This document shows, piece by piece, positions 22,837 through 32,844 of a DNA stretch of 36,220 nucleotides (within the stretch, counting starts at the first letter, position 1; each line of letters opens with the position of its first letter). A program made the translations under genes and the position numbers. Below the pieces are notes generated by a model that saw only the letters and a program-made list of their open reading frames with translations, made no database searches and was not told the origin of the DNA. Source of the stretch: an uncultured Gammaproteobacteria bacterium (GTDB lineage: Bacteria; Patescibacteriota; Patescibacteriia; UBA2591; JBAYNP01); the NCBI GenBank assembly GCA_964547305.1, contig CAZJMI010000001.1, positions 1-36,220 of the forward strand, given 5' to 3'.

Positions 22837-24345
22837 ATGGATAGTATGGAGTTTTCACAGAATAAAAATTTAAAATTGAGCGCGGAGCGATTTGGGCAAG
22901 TGCGGCGAGCGGTCGCGGGGGCGAGGGAGGAGATGGCGCGGGAAGGGTTGAAGGATGACGGAGGCGAACGACGCCGGCGGGCGGAAGAAAAATTGGCGCA
23001 GGAGCCCGTGGATAGAGAGACAGCGGAGCGAACGCGCGAACGAATTTTGAATAAGTATATAGATGTATGGCATATCGGGGCGCCGGAAATTCGTGGGAGT
23101 TTGGAGGCGGTGCACGCGGCGGTGCCCAGTCGAGGGATGATATTGCGCTATATCAAAAACAAACGAGCAGATTTACTCCAAGACGAAAGCTTTGAAGATT
23201 TATACGCGAAAATAGGTGAGATTGAAGGAGAATTGGAAGACTGGATTCAGGAGCACAAGGAGCCGGAGTTTGATTTGGATGAAAAGGAATTCCATTGGTG
23301 CGAGCCGATTTTGCCGCATGCGGTGAAAGCGCTTAAGAAAAAATATACTGACGGGGGCAAGTTGATTGATAAATTGGCGGTGGATATTTTGAATTTTAAA
23401 AATAAGGTGGATGATAAAACGGGGGAAATCGTGCGAGCCGGGGCGGAAGTGGCGGACATTTCTCATAGCATTTCCCGACAGCCGAGATTGTTGGTAGATA
23501 TGAATCGCGCAACGGATGTTAGTTCTAAAGCTTTGGAATTTAATACCGGAGCACGAGCGGCGCAATGGTATGTTTTTGATAAGTTTACGGAAAGATTTAA
23601 AGAGGGAAATAAATTGGTGGTGCCATTTTTGCAGATAGAGGTGCATGGCAAATCAAACAAGGATGAGGATTTCGTAATAGGGGGGAAGATTACGGCCGGT
23701 AAAGTTTTTTGCGACCCAGCGATAAGCCAGTGGTTAAAAGACAAATTGGAAAAAAAGATCAGGAAATATGATTTGTCAGTCGTGGGTAAAAATGGCGAGC
23801 GTAGGTTGGCGACGGTCAAAGTGGCGATTGAGGGGGAAAAATATTGCGGAGACCATAATCTTTATTCTTTCCGGTATGGCGAAGGCGGAAAAGCCGGGTT
23901 GGGTGAGCTATTACAGACAGCACAAATAGAAATAGACGGCAAGGTAAGATCCGGGCAAACGGATTTGGTGGGCAGGATGTTGGCGGAAGTTTTGGCGGAT
24001 TTTTCGGCGGAATTCAAAGGCGCTGAAAGTTTGAAAAAATATATAGTAGAAAATACCAGCGCAGAAGATAGAAACAGGCTGAATGGTATATATAAAGTCA
24101 AAACAGTACAAGACGATAGAATAAAAAGCGGCAAGGTGGGTTTGTCAGGTGTGTGGAGAGATGTTTTGGGAGCGAAGGTAGGGGATGATATGCGGGTTGG
24201 TAAAAAGATGTTTAGGGTGGTAAAGGTGCCAAAAGATTTGGTTAACACGGAGGGCGCGGTTTTTAGTCCGCAAGATGAAGTGGTGGAAAGGGTCGAAATG
24301 AAGGTTAAAAACCAAAAGCCGCCGAGGGCGGCGGATTCGGAGTAA
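22837..24345 (+). CDS. Hypothetical 502-aa protein; the central region is weakly reminiscent of the N-formylglutamate amidohydrolase (FGase) fold
   Basis: A long ORF whose opposite-strand ORFs look like shadows. ISHSISRQPRLLVDMNR and FLQIEVHG resemble the FGase HxG...D.NR and ..H motifs. This is a weak, pattern-only suggestion. Confidence 0.5.
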   Translation: MDSMEFSQNKNLKLSAERFGQVRRAVAGAREEMAREGLKDDGGERRRRAEEKLAQEPVDRETAERTRERILNKYIDVWHIGAPEIRGSLEAVHAAVPSRGMILRYIKNKRADLLQDESFEDLYAKIGEIEGELEDWIQEHKEPEFDLDEKEFHWCEPILPHAVKALKKKYTDGGKLIDKLAVDILNFKNKVDDKTGEIVRAGAEVADISHSISRQPRLLVDMNRATDVSSKALEFNTGARAAQWYVFDKFTERFKEGNKLVVPFLQIEVHGKSNKDEDFVIGGKITAGKVFCDPAISQWLKDKLEKKIRKYDLSVVGKNGERRLATVKVAIEGEKYCGDHNLYSFRYGEGGKAGLGELLQTAQIEIDGKVRSGQTDLVGRMLAEVLADFSAEFKGAESLKKYIVENTSAEDRNRLNGIYKVKTVQDDRIKSGKVGLSGVWRDVLGAKVGDDMRVGKKMFRVVKVPKDLVNTEGAVFSPQDEVVERVEMKVKNQKPPRAADSE

Positions 24346-24368
24346 CTTGCGATGAGAAGGCGAGAAAA

Positions 24369-24551
24369 TTAAACGGCGATGCCCTTTTTACGCAAAGTTC
24401 TTAGACAGTGAGCGCAGATTTTAATTTTAACGCCGTCAATGTTTTTTGACTGCAAATTCAAAGACTGCTTGCGCTTGGTGGCGTGCATGGAATGACTGCG
24501 GCTGACGTTATTGAGCGGGATTCTTTGACAGAGGGCACATTGCTTGGACAT
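24369..24551 (-). CDS. rpmB: 50S ribosomal protein L28
   Basis: From the ATG at 24551: MSKQCALCQRIPLNNVSRSHSMHATKRKQSLNLQSKNIDG.... This is the L28 pattern (Cys-x2-Cys N-terminus, NxVSxSH, NLQ). The track start at 24572 is an upstream TTG. Confidence 0.85.
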   Translation of the reverse strand: MSKQCALCQRIPLNNVSRSHSMHATKRKQSLNLQSKNIDGVKIKICAHCLRTLRKKGIAV

Positions 24552-24619
24552 AAGAGTATAAAACAATAGCAAAATTTGACGACTTCTAATCTAACATATT
24601 ATTTTTAACTTGGCAAGAG

Positions 24620-25294
24620 ATGATTATCACTTATCTATTTTCCCGGCCGTTGTTCTTCTTCGCGTGGGTGCTGGCGATTATTTTGGCTTTGTCGGTGCAT
24701 GAGTTCGCGCACGCCTTGATGGCTAAGCTGCAGGGCGACAATACGGCGGCGGCGCAGGGGCGCATAACTTTGAATCCTTTGGCGCATATTGACCCTTTGG
24801 GGGCGTTGATGCTTTTAACACTGGGATTCGGTTGGGGTAAGCCGGTGCCGTTTGACCCGCGTAATTTGGGTAGCAAGCGTTTGAGCCCGGCTTTGATAGC
24901 TTTGGCGGGGCCGTTGTCAAATTTGGTGATGGCATTTTTGGCGGCGGTAGTAATAAAACTTTTGGCGAATAGCGGGGTGGTGTTGATGACCGGATTCGGG
25001 ATGGTATTTTTGATTTTATTCTTGTTCCTGAATCTGGCCTTGATGCTGTTTAATTTAATCCCGATACCACCGCTCGATGGCTCAAAGGTGCTATTCGCGG
25101 CCTTGCCGGCATCAACGGCGGATTTTCAGGATATGTTGTCTAAATGGGGGCCGTTTATCATCTTGGGCTTGATATTGTTGGATAGTTTTGGTGGGCCGGG
25201 GATTATAAGCGGGGTAATCAATGGGGGAATAAATATAGTTGGTAATTGGCTATTGCCGAATTTCAGCCAATGGGTGGGCGCGATTTTGGGGTAG
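24620..25294 (+). CDS. Site-2 protease family (peptidase M50) membrane metalloprotease
   Basis: HEFAHALMA supplies HExxH in the first TM region, and NLIPIPPLDGSKV supplies NxxPxxxLDG. The protein is polytopic and hydrophobic. Confidence 0.85.
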   Translation: MIITYLFSRPLFFFAWVLAIILALSVHEFAHALMAKLQGDNTAAAQGRITLNPLAHIDPLGALMLLTLGFGWGKPVPFDPRNLGSKRLSPALIALAGPLSNLVMAFLAAVVIKLLANSGVVLMTGFGMVFLILFLFLNLALMLFNLIPIPPLDGSKVLFAALPASTADFQDMLSKWGPFIILGLILLDSFGGPGIISGVINGGINIVGNWLLPNFSQWVGAILG

Positions 25295-25311
25295 GCGAGC
25301 TTTAAACTGAT

Positions 25312-25340
25312 TTGACATATTTGGTATATTATGTTAAGAT
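25312..25340 (+). promoter_or_regulatory. Sigma70-like promoter (TTGACA - 17 nt - TGtTAAGAT)
   Basis: TTGACA at 25312-25317 and TAAGAT at 25335-25340 with an upstream TGt. Confidence 0.4.
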
Positions 25341-25384
25341 TTAAGTGCCATTGATAAATTCAGAAAACAAAAAAGGAGGTTTTT

Positions 25385-25561
25385 GTGAAAAGAATCGTGG
25401 GCAGAAAAAAAAGAGAAGAGTATTCTCTACGGAGGATAAAGGCGCGTTTCCCAAAAAATGCCGGCCTGGACCATCCATGGACACGAGCAATAGTGTTCGT
25501 GCTTGTCTCGGCGGTGGCGCTGGCGGCGGTTGGTTGGTTTTTGGCAAATATGGTATCCTAG
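25385..25561 (+). CDS. Possible 58-aa small membrane protein (GTG start)
   Basis: AAAGGAGG lies 6 nt before the GTG at 25385. Translation VKRIVGRKKREEYSLRRIKARFPKNAGLDHPWTRAIVFVLVSAVALAAVGWFLANMVS* has a basic N-terminus and one TM helix. I prefer it to the 79-aa track ORF 25345-25584 in another frame. Confidence 0.35.
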   Translation: MKRIVGRKKREEYSLRRIKARFPKNAGLDHPWTRAIVFVLVSAVALAAVGWFLANMVS

Positions 25562-25697
25562 CGCCGGAGCGAGTAGGACGGTAGATTCTTAATATTCCAA
25601 GCCAAACCGCATAAAAGGGATTGGCTTGGTTTTTGTTTTGATTTTTGAGGCGATTCCGGGTATAATTGTAAATAAGCTAATAAAACTATGTATAATT

Positions 25698-26606
25698 ATG
25701 ACTCCAAATTTTGAAAATCATCATCAGCTAGAAGAGAAAAAAGAAGCAAAAAAAGAGAATTCGCGGAATTTGGAGGCCAGGGAAACCCCTTGGCATTTGA
25801 GGGCCTTGGGCGCTGGAGTGATTGAGATGTTTTGTAAAAAGTTTTCTGTTGATGGAATTGAAAATATCAAGGATGCCAAAGAAAACAATCCGGATGGTAA
25901 ATTTATTATTACAGCCGCGCATTTGAATAATTTGGATGTGCCGGCAATGCTAAAAGTTTTGGGTAGTTATTTCGATATGCAGATTACGGGCGAATCGGTT
26001 TTATTGGAAAAAATGAAATATTTCGCGCATAAGTTGGCGATTAGTTCGATGTTGGGAGAGGGGTTTACTCCGTTGGATTACAAAGAAAATAAGGTTAGCA
26101 AACACGGTTCTTTTAATCCAGATAATTTTGTTGGGTTACTAAAAAAAATTGAGGGAGGGAAAACTCCGTGGATAGCAATTAGTCCGATGTCGTTGAATGG
26201 GAAAATGAGGCGGCCGGGTGTCGGTGCTATTTACGCGGCGGCATTATCTGGGTCGGCGATTATTCCGACAGCGTTGGATGTCAAATCAAGCGGTTCCGTA
26301 AGCTTGGAGGGCATCAAGGAACAGGCTAAGGGCTTGATTAAGCGCGCGGAGGCCGTTTATCGTATAGGGCGGCCTTTTGGATTACCGGATATGGATGTCG
26401 GTATTATTGAGGAAGTTATGGCAAAAAGGAAAAAAGGCGAAGTGCTTACTGCTGATGAAAAATCAAAATTTGGCGTAGTCGTTCGACAGTTAAGAGAGCA
26501 AGCGGATTTGTTAGCAGGGCGCGTGGCCGAGCTTTTGCCGGAGGAAAAGAGATTTGTAGGTAGAAAAGAGACCCCAGAAGTAATGCCTACCGCGAAAGCT
26601 ACTTAA
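25698..26606 (+). CDS. Lysophospholipid (1-acyl-sn-glycerol-3-phosphate, PlsC-like) acyltransferase family protein
   Basis: The ATG at 25698 gives MTPNFENHH. ITAAHLNNLDVPAM contains the HxxxxD acyltransferase motif. The track start 25626 lies upstream, in a region that looks non-coding. Confidence 0.5.
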   Translation: MTPNFENHHQLEEKKEAKKENSRNLEARETPWHLRALGAGVIEMFCKKFSVDGIENIKDAKENNPDGKFIITAAHLNNLDVPAMLKVLGSYFDMQITGESVLLEKMKYFAHKLAISSMLGEGFTPLDYKENKVSKHGSFNPDNFVGLLKKIEGGKTPWIAISPMSLNGKMRRPGVGAIYAAALSGSAIIPTALDVKSSGSVSLEGIKEQAKGLIKRAEAVYRIGRPFGLPDMDVGIIEEVMAKRKKGEVLTADEKSKFGVVVRQLREQADLLAGRVAELLPEEKRFVGRKETPEVMPTAKAT

Positions 26607-26640
26607 GATGGGTGGTGGGCGCGATTTTGGGGTAGGGCTC

Positions 26641-26669
26641 TTGACACCCGCCAGCCAATCCCGTATAAT
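26641..26669 (+). promoter_or_regulatory. Perfect-consensus sigma70 promoter of the str operon (TTGACA - 17 nt - TATAAT)
   Basis: TTGACA at 26641-26646, the 17-nt spacer CCCGCCAGCCAATCCCG, and TATAAT at 26664-26669. It lies about 60 nt upstream of rpsL. Confidence 0.65.
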
Positions 26670-26731
26670 CTCTAAGAAATAGTCAGCCGCTAATTGGCTG
26701 TATGAGTTTTTGTTCACCTTATTTTTATTTT

Positions 26732-27202
26732 ATGCCGACAATTCAACAATTGTTACGTAAGCCAAGAAAATCCGGGTCAAAGAAACCCAAGGCGCCAGCT
26801 TTGTTTAAAAACTTAAATTCGCTGAAACGAAAGACTTACGAAATGCCTGAATCCAATCCGTTTAAGCGTGGCGTGTGCTTGAAAGTGACGACCATGACTC
26901 CGAAAAAACCAAACTCCGCCCTGCGTAAAATAGCCAGGGTGCGTTTGTCGTCCGGTGAAGAAGTGACGGCGTATATCCCGGGTATGGGGCATAAATTGCA
27001 AGAACACTCGGTGGTTTTGATTCGCGGTGGACGGGTGCGCGACTTGCCAGGCGTGCGTTATCATATTGTGCGTGGCGTCTATGACGCGACAGGCGTGGAT
27101 AAAAGACAGCAAGGCCGCAGTTTATATGGCGCCAAGAAGCCGAAGGACAAAAAGGAAGGTAGAGGAGAAGTCGCGAGTGCTAAAAAGAAAAAGAAAAAAT
27201 AA
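26732..27202 (+). CDS. rpsL: 30S ribosomal protein S12
   Basis: [13 protein letters not shown]...[71 protein letters not shown]. It has an internal insertion after PAL and a Lys-rich C-terminal tail. The ATG is at 26732. Confidence 0.97.
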   Translation: MPTIQQLLRKPRKSGSKKPKAPALFKNLNSLKRKTYEMPESNPFKRGVCLKVTTMTPKKPNSALRKIARVRLSSGEEVTAYIPGMGHKLQEHSVVLIRGGRVRDLPGVRYHIVRGVYDATGVDKRQQGRSLYGAKKPKDKKEGRGEVASAKKKKKK

Positions 27203-27220
27203 TTTTAAAAACTATTTAAT

Positions 27221-27691
27221 ATGAGAGGTAAAAATCCAGCTCCAAAGAGAAAGATTGCTCCCGATCCGAAATTCGGTAGTGTTTTGTTGGCCAAGTTTAT
27301 AAATCATTTGATGTCGGATGGTAAGAAGTCCACGGCGCAGCGGGTTTTGTATCAGGCATTGGATATAGTAAAAGAAAAAAGTAAGGGTGCTCCGTTGGAG
27401 GTTTTTGAATTGGCAATAAAGAATATCGCGCCGGAGGTGGAAGTGCGGTCACGGCGCGTGGGCGGAGCTAATTACCAGGTGCCGATTTATGTGACCGAGG
27501 CGCGCAAGAACGCCTTGGCGTTTCGGTGGTTGACGGCCGCGTGTAATGCTAGAACGGGTGCTCCGATGGCGCAAAAGTTGTCAGGCGAACTGCTGGAGGC
27601 AGCCGATAATCAAGGTAACGCTATCAAGAAAAAGCAGGATGTGTATAAGATGGCGCAGGCTAATAGAGCATTCGCGCATTTTGCCAGATAA
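27221..27691 (+). CDS. rpsG: 30S ribosomal protein S7
   Basis: KFINHLMSDGKKSTAQRVLY...VEVRSRRVGGANYQVPIYV...ANRAFAHFAR. Confidence 0.97.
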   Translation: MRGKNPAPKRKIAPDPKFGSVLLAKFINHLMSDGKKSTAQRVLYQALDIVKEKSKGAPLEVFELAIKNIAPEVEVRSRRVGGANYQVPIYVTEARKNALAFRWLTAACNARTGAPMAQKLSGELLEAADNQGNAIKKKQDVYKMAQANRAFAHFAR

Positions 27692-27767
27692 AAGGACTGA
27701 AGTTTTTAAATAATAATCAATAATTAAGAGCGAGGGCGATTTATTTGTCTCTCGCGCAGCTAAAATT

Positions 27768-29867
27768 ATGAGAGAATATCCTTTGGAAAAGACTAGAAAT
27801 ATAGGCATTATCGCCCATATTGACGCGGGTAAAACTACCGTGACCGAACGGGTTTTATTTTATACCGGCAAAAAACACAAAATTGGAGAAGTGCATGAGG
27901 GCGCGGCCGAAATGGACTGGATGGAGCAAGAGCAAGAGAGAGGCATCACCATTACTTCAGCGGCGACGACTTGTTTTTGGTCTCCGAGACAGGACAAGGA
28001 TATGCATCGCATCAATTTGATTGATACCCCAGGACACGTGGATTTTACAGCGGAAGTGGAGCGTTCTTTGCGAGTTTTGGACGGCGGGGTGGTGGTTTTT
28101 GACGGGGTGGCCGGAGTAGAGTCGCAATCAGAAACCGTGTGGCATCAAGCCGAGAAATATCATGTACCGCGCATTTGCTTTATCAATAAGATGGATCGTA
28201 TGGGCGCGGATTTTTATTATGACATCAAGACCATTGCCGATCGATTGACCGATCGCGCGTTTCCGATTCAGCTACCGATAGGCGCGGCGGAAACTTTTAC
28301 CGGTTTGGTGGATTTGTTTACGCGTAAGGCATATATCTATAAAGATGATTTAGGGAAAGAAATAGAAGAAACAGAAATTCCAGGAGATATGAAAGAAAAG
28401 GTGGAAGAGTATCGTCATCGTTTGATCGAGGCGATTGTAGATCAGGATGAAAAAATGATGGAGCAATACTTAGGCGGCGAAGAACCGAGCCTGGAAGATT
28501 TGCGTAAAGTTTTAAGAAAGGCAGTGATTGCCAATAAATTGGTGCCGATTATGGTGGGCTCGGCCTTGAAAAATAAAGGCGTGCAATTTATGTTGGACGC
28601 GGTGGTGGATTATTTACCATCGCCTTTGGATGTCCCGCCACTTGAAGGACACAGTCCCGATAATGAAGACGAAAAGATTAAATGTGAAGCTGCGGACGAT
28701 GCTCCGGCGGTGGCTCTGGCTTTCAAAATCGCGACCGATCCATTTGTGGGCAGTTTATGCTATTTCCGCGTTTATTCGGGTAGGATAGAAGCTGGTTCGT
28801 ACGTCTTGGATACGACAACCGGCAAAAAAGAGCGTATTGGGCGGATTTTGCGGATGCATGCCAATAAAAGAGAAGATGTAAAGGAGGTATACGCGGGAGA
28901 AATTGCCGCCGCGGTTGGTATGAAAGATGTGACTACCGGGCATACTCTATGTGATCCGGCCAGGCCGGTGGTACTGGAATCGATTAATTTCCCGGAACCG
29001 GTTATTTTCATGGCCATTGAGCCGAAAACTAAGACTGACCAAGAGAAGATGGGTTCCGCAATCACTAAATTGGTGAGTGAAGACCCAACTTTCAGAGTGC
29101 ATACCGACGAAGATAGTGGACAGACGATTATTGCCGGTATGGGCGAATTGCATTTAGATATTATGGTGGACAGAATGAAACGTGAATTTGGAGTGGAGGC
29201 GACGGTCGGTAGGCCGCAGGTGGCATACAAGGAAACAATTCGCAAAATGGTGGAATCTGAAGGCAAATATGTGCATCAATCCGGTGGTCGCGGGCAATAT
29301 GGTCATTGTCGTTTACGCTTGGAGCCGTTGGAATCCGGTAAGGGGTTTGAATTTGTGGATGCTGTCAAGGGCGGAACAATTCCTAAGGAGTATATACCGG
29401 CGATTGAGAAGGGTATTAAGGAATCAATGGCTAACGGAGTAATGGCGGGTTATCCTTTGGTGGATTTCAGGGCCACGGTTTATGACGGGTCATATCATGA
29501 AGTGGATTCCTCGGAAATCGCGTTTAAAATCGCGGCCAACAGAGCTATTCAGGGGGGCGTAAAGAACGGGAATCCGGTAATTTTGGAGCCGACTATGAAG
29601 ATAGAAGTGGTGACACCGGAAGAGTTTATGGGGGACGTGGTGGGCGATTTGAACTCACGACGAGCGCATATTCAAGAAATGCGAGAACGTGGTATGATGA
29701 AAGTGATCACTGGCGATGTACCGTTGGCGGAAATGTTTGGTTACGCGACGACTTTGAGATCTTTGTCGCAAGGTCGCGCCAGTTATTCTATGGAATTCTC
29801 TAAGTACGCAGAAACTCCGACTAATGTTATGAATCGGATTATAGAGGAAAGAAACGGTACAAAATAA
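27768..29867 (+). CDS. fusA: Elongation factor G
   Basis: [37 protein letters not shown] and FINKMDR are the GTPase motifs. The length is 699 aa and it follows rpsG. Confidence 0.97.
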   Translation: MREYPLEKTRNIGIIAHIDAGKTTVTERVLFYTGKKHKIGEVHEGAAEMDWMEQEQERGITITSAATTCFWSPRQDKDMHRINLIDTPGHVDFTAEVERSLRVLDGGVVVFDGVAGVESQSETVWHQAEKYHVPRICFINKMDRMGADFYYDIKTIADRLTDRAFPIQLPIGAAETFTGLVDLFTRKAYIYKDDLGKEIEETEIPGDMKEKVEEYRHRLIEAIVDQDEKMMEQYLGGEEPSLEDLRKVLRKAVIANKLVPIMVGSALKNKGVQFMLDAVVDYLPSPLDVPPLEGHSPDNEDEKIKCEAADDAPAVALAFKIATDPFVGSLCYFRVYSGRIEAGSYVLDTTTGKKERIGRILRMHANKREDVKEVYAGEIAAAVGMKDVTTGHTLCDPARPVVLESINFPEPVIFMAIEPKTKTDQEKMGSAITKLVSEDPTFRVHTDEDSGQTIIAGMGELHLDIMVDRMKREFGVEATVGRPQVAYKETIRKMVESEGKYVHQSGGRGQYGHCRLRLEPLESGKGFEFVDAVKGGTIPKEYIPAIEKGIKESMANGVMAGYPLVDFRATVYDGSYHEVDSSEIAFKIAANRAIQGGVKNGNPVILEPTMKIEVVTPEEFMGDVVGDLNSRRAHIQEMRERGMMKVITGDVPLAEMFGYATTLRSLSQGRASYSMEFSKYAETPTNVMNRIIEERNGTK

Positions 29868-29902
29868 TCATCCGATAGGCATTAATAGATAAAATAACCA
29901 CT

Positions 29903-30274
29903 ATGGAGCAAAATTCATTTGAACGTCTGCTAAATTTCATGGCCAAAAGCGGCGACCGATGCGTGATTATGGAAAAGGGTCAGCCGGCCTTTGTGCTAAT
30001 GAAGATCGAAGACTACGAAGAGCTGTTAATGGCGCATAGTGGGGTTGAAGGCTTGACAGAGGGAGAATTATTGGATAAGATTAACAGGGAAGTGGCCATT
30101 TGGCGCGCCAGCCAGGAAGATGAGGTTGAAAATGAGACAGCGGAAGAGATAGTAGCGGAGAATAGTCCACAGTATGAACGGACGGAAAATTGGCCGGAAG
30201 TGGGGCCCGAAGAGGTTCCAGGGGAGGGGAGGGAAGAGAATGAGCGCGATCGTTACTATGTGGAGCCGCTTTAA
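29903..30274 (+). CDS. Hypothetical protein with a Phd/YefM-antitoxin-like N-terminus and an acidic tail
   Basis: DRCVIMEKGQPAFVLMKIEDYEELL resembles the Phd/YefM core (xVxIxxxGxPxAVLxSxExYExL). The C-terminal half is Glu-rich. No adjacent toxin ORF. Confidence 0.45.
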   Translation: MEQNSFERLLNFMAKSGDRCVIMEKGQPAFVLMKIEDYEELLMAHSGVEGLTEGELLDKINREVAIWRASQEDEVENETAEEIVAENSPQYERTENWPEVGPEEVPGEGREENERDRYYVEPL

Positions 30275-30370
30275 AAACAAAGTTCTGTTATATATTTAAT
30301 AAAAGCAATTAATTTGGCGAGTGCATAATTTATTAGTAAGTACACGCCAAAAGAAAGGAATTTAATAAAA

Positions 30371-31564
30371 ATGGCCGAGAAATTTGAGAGAGTTAAACCG
30401 CATGTCAACGTTGGTACCATTGGGCACGTTGATCATGGGAAGACAACTTTGACCGCCGCTATTTTGCATGTTTTGGGTTTAGCGGGAAAAATCGCGCAGA
30501 AAAAGAGCGTTGACCAAATTGACAATGCCCCAGAGGAAAGAGAAAGAGGCATTACTATCGCCACGGCGCACGTGGAGTATGAATCAGACGCACGTCACTA
30601 CGCGCACATTGACTGTCCAGGTCATGCCGATTATGTGAAGAATATGATTACCGGCGCGGCACAGATGGATGGCGGTATTCTAGTGGTTTCGGCGGCCGAT
30701 GGACCGATGCCACAAACCAGAGAGCATATTTTGCTAGCACATCAGGTTGGTGTGCCGACATTGATTGTGTTTTTGAACAAGGTGGATATGGTGGATGATC
30801 CCGAATTGATTGATTTGGTAGAGGCGGAGGTGCGCGATTTATTGAAGAAATACAATTATCCTGGCGATGAGGCAATATTTATTCGTGGTTCAGCTACCAA
30901 GGCCTTGGAAGCAACAAGCGTGGATGATCCGAACGCCAAAAGTATTTTGGAACTAGTAAAAGCATTGGATGAAAATATTCCCGAGCCGGTGCGTGATTTG
31001 GACAAGCCATTTTTGATGCCGGTAGAGGATATCTTCTCAATCGAAGGTCGTGGCACAGTAGTGACCGGTAGAATCGAAAGAGGTATTATCAAGGTTAATG
31101 AAGAGGTTGAGATCGTGGGCATTCGTCCGACGACCAAGACAGTAGTGACTGGCGTGGAAATGTTTAAGAAATCCCTGGACGAAGGTCGCGCGGGAGATAA
31201 CGCGGGACTGCTTTTAAGGGGTACCAAGAAAGAAGATATCCAGAGAGGTCAGGTGGTGGCTAAACCGGGGTCAGTGACTCCGCATACGGATTTTGAAGCC
31301 GAGTGCTACATTTTGACCAAAGACGAGGGTGGGAGACACTCGCCATTCTTTAAGGGCTACAAACCACAGTTCTATATTCGTACGACTGATGTGACGGGCG
31401 AAATGGAATTACCAGCCGGAACAGAGATGGTGATGCCCGGAGATACCGTTAATATTAAGGTTAAACTGTTGTCTCCGGTAGCCTTGGAAGAGAAGATGAC
31501 TTTCGCTATTCGCGAAGGTGGCCGTACAGTGGGCGCCGGCGTGGTAGCTAAGATTATTAAGTAG
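30371..31564 (+). CDS. tuf: Elongation factor Tu
   Basis: [31 protein letters not shown] and NKVDMV motifs. 397 aa. Confidence 0.98.
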   Translation: MAEKFERVKPHVNVGTIGHVDHGKTTLTAAILHVLGLAGKIAQKKSVDQIDNAPEERERGITIATAHVEYESDARHYAHIDCPGHADYVKNMITGAAQMDGGILVVSAADGPMPQTREHILLAHQVGVPTLIVFLNKVDMVDDPELIDLVEAEVRDLLKKYNYPGDEAIFIRGSATKALEATSVDDPNAKSILELVKALDENIPEPVRDLDKPFLMPVEDIFSIEGRGTVVTGRIERGIIKVNEEVEIVGIRPTTKTVVTGVEMFKKSLDEGRAGDNAGLLLRGTKKEDIQRGQVVAKPGSVTPHTDFEAECYILTKDEGGRHSPFFKGYKPQFYIRTTDVTGEMELPAGTEMVMPGDTVNIKVKLLSPVALEEKMTFAIREGGRTVGAGVVAKIIK

Positions 31565-31598
31565 GAATTTTACCAATAGCACTTTAACTTTTAAGGTA

Positions 31599-31973
31599 AT
31601 GGAAGATAAAAAACCGGCTAGCAAGGACAGCGCCAAGAAGGACAAAACCACCAAGGAAGAGACATATCATCCGCGGATAAGATTGAAGATTCGGGCGTAT
31701 GACCACAAGATAATCGATCGTTCCATTAAGACGATTATTGATGTGGCGGAAAAAACCGGAGCGAAGGTGATCGGACCAATTCCCTTGCCAACGGAGAAAT
31801 CCGTGTATACGGTTTTGCGTTCTACTTTCGTGCACAAAGACGCGCGCGAGCAGTTTGAGCGGCGCGTGCATAAGCGGCTGATTGATATCTTGGAGCCGAC
31901 CCCGAAGACTATTGAAGAGATGACGGCTTTGAATTTGCCGGCGGGGGTTGACATCCAAATTAAAATGAATTAG
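31599..31973 (+). CDS. rpsJ: 30S ribosomal protein S10 (with a ~20-aa basic N-terminal extension)
   Basis: [41 protein letters not shown]...[31 protein letters not shown]. Confidence 0.95.
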   Translation: MEDKKPASKDSAKKDKTTKEETYHPRIRLKIRAYDHKIIDRSIKTIIDVAEKTGAKVIGPIPLPTEKSVYTVLRSTFVHKDAREQFERRVHKRLIDILEPTPKTIEEMTALNLPAGVDIQIKMN

Positions 31974-32216
31974 ACTGGTTAGGGTCAATTTATTAACAAC
32001 CTAGTTCCGAAATGTGTCTGACGATAACCCCTTAAATGGGAAGTGTCGACAGCTCATCGAAGGGCTCAAAGGGAGTGACTGTTCATCTATAAGTAGTTTT
32101 TACAACATTTAGTATATTGCCGTTCCGGATATACAAATGGCCGGCTTTAGGGATGACTTCTCTAGAGTCGGTCTTTGTTATCCTAATTGTCGGTGATTGA
32201 GTCGTAAGGTTGAAAT

Positions 32217-32831
32217 ATGAAATTTATTTTAGGCCGAAAAGTTAATATGACACAGCGTTTCCGCGAAAGCGGGGAAGTTTTGCCGTTGACGATAATTCAA
32301 GCCGGACCATGCGTGGTGACACAGGTTAAGACGGCTATTAAGGATGGCTATACGGCGGTACAGGTTGGTTTCGGCACTAAAAATCATATTAACAAATCTT
32401 TGGAAGGTCACCTGAAAGCTAATGGCAAGGTGGCCGTTTTACGTGAATTTCGGGTGGAAGATATAGATACGGGGGAATATGAAGTAGGTAAGAAGCTGGA
32501 AGCGGGTATTTTTGAGGCCGGAGAATTGGTGGAAATCGCAGGTAAATCAAAGGGTAGGGGCTTCGCTGGCGTGGTTAAGCGACATGGTTTTCACGGACAG
32601 GATAAGGGACATGGCAATAAAGACCAGTTGAGAATGCCGGGATCTATCGGAGCGACCGACGCGGCCAGAGTTTTAAAAGGAACGCGCATGGGCGGCCGCA
32701 TGGGTATGGACAGGGTGACGACTAGGAAAATGAAAATATTTGAAGTGGACGCGGCCAATAATTTGATTTATATTGTTGGGCCGGTGCCGGGAGCCAGAAA
32801 TTCATTAGTAGAAATCCGTGGCGCGAAGTAA
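32217..32831 (+). CDS. rplC: 50S ribosomal protein L3
   Basis: MKFILGRKVNMTQRFRESGEVLPLTIIQAGPCVVTQVKT...GKSKGRGFAGVVKRHGF. Confidence 0.96.
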   Translation: MKFILGRKVNMTQRFRESGEVLPLTIIQAGPCVVTQVKTAIKDGYTAVQVGFGTKNHINKSLEGHLKANGKVAVLREFRVEDIDTGEYEVGKKLEAGIFEAGELVEIAGKSKGRGFAGVVKRHGFHGQDKGHGNKDQLRMPGSIGATDAARVLKGTRMGGRMGMDRVTTRKMKIFEVDAANNLIYIVGPVPGARNSLVEIRGAK

Positions 32832-32844
32832 TTTAAAATAAGAT

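Noticed and set aside
25345-25584. 79-aa track ORF
   Set aside because: It has no SD and a low-complexity Gly-rich end. A GTG-start 58-aa ORF in another frame has a strong SD and a clean TM helix, although that one is also uncertain.
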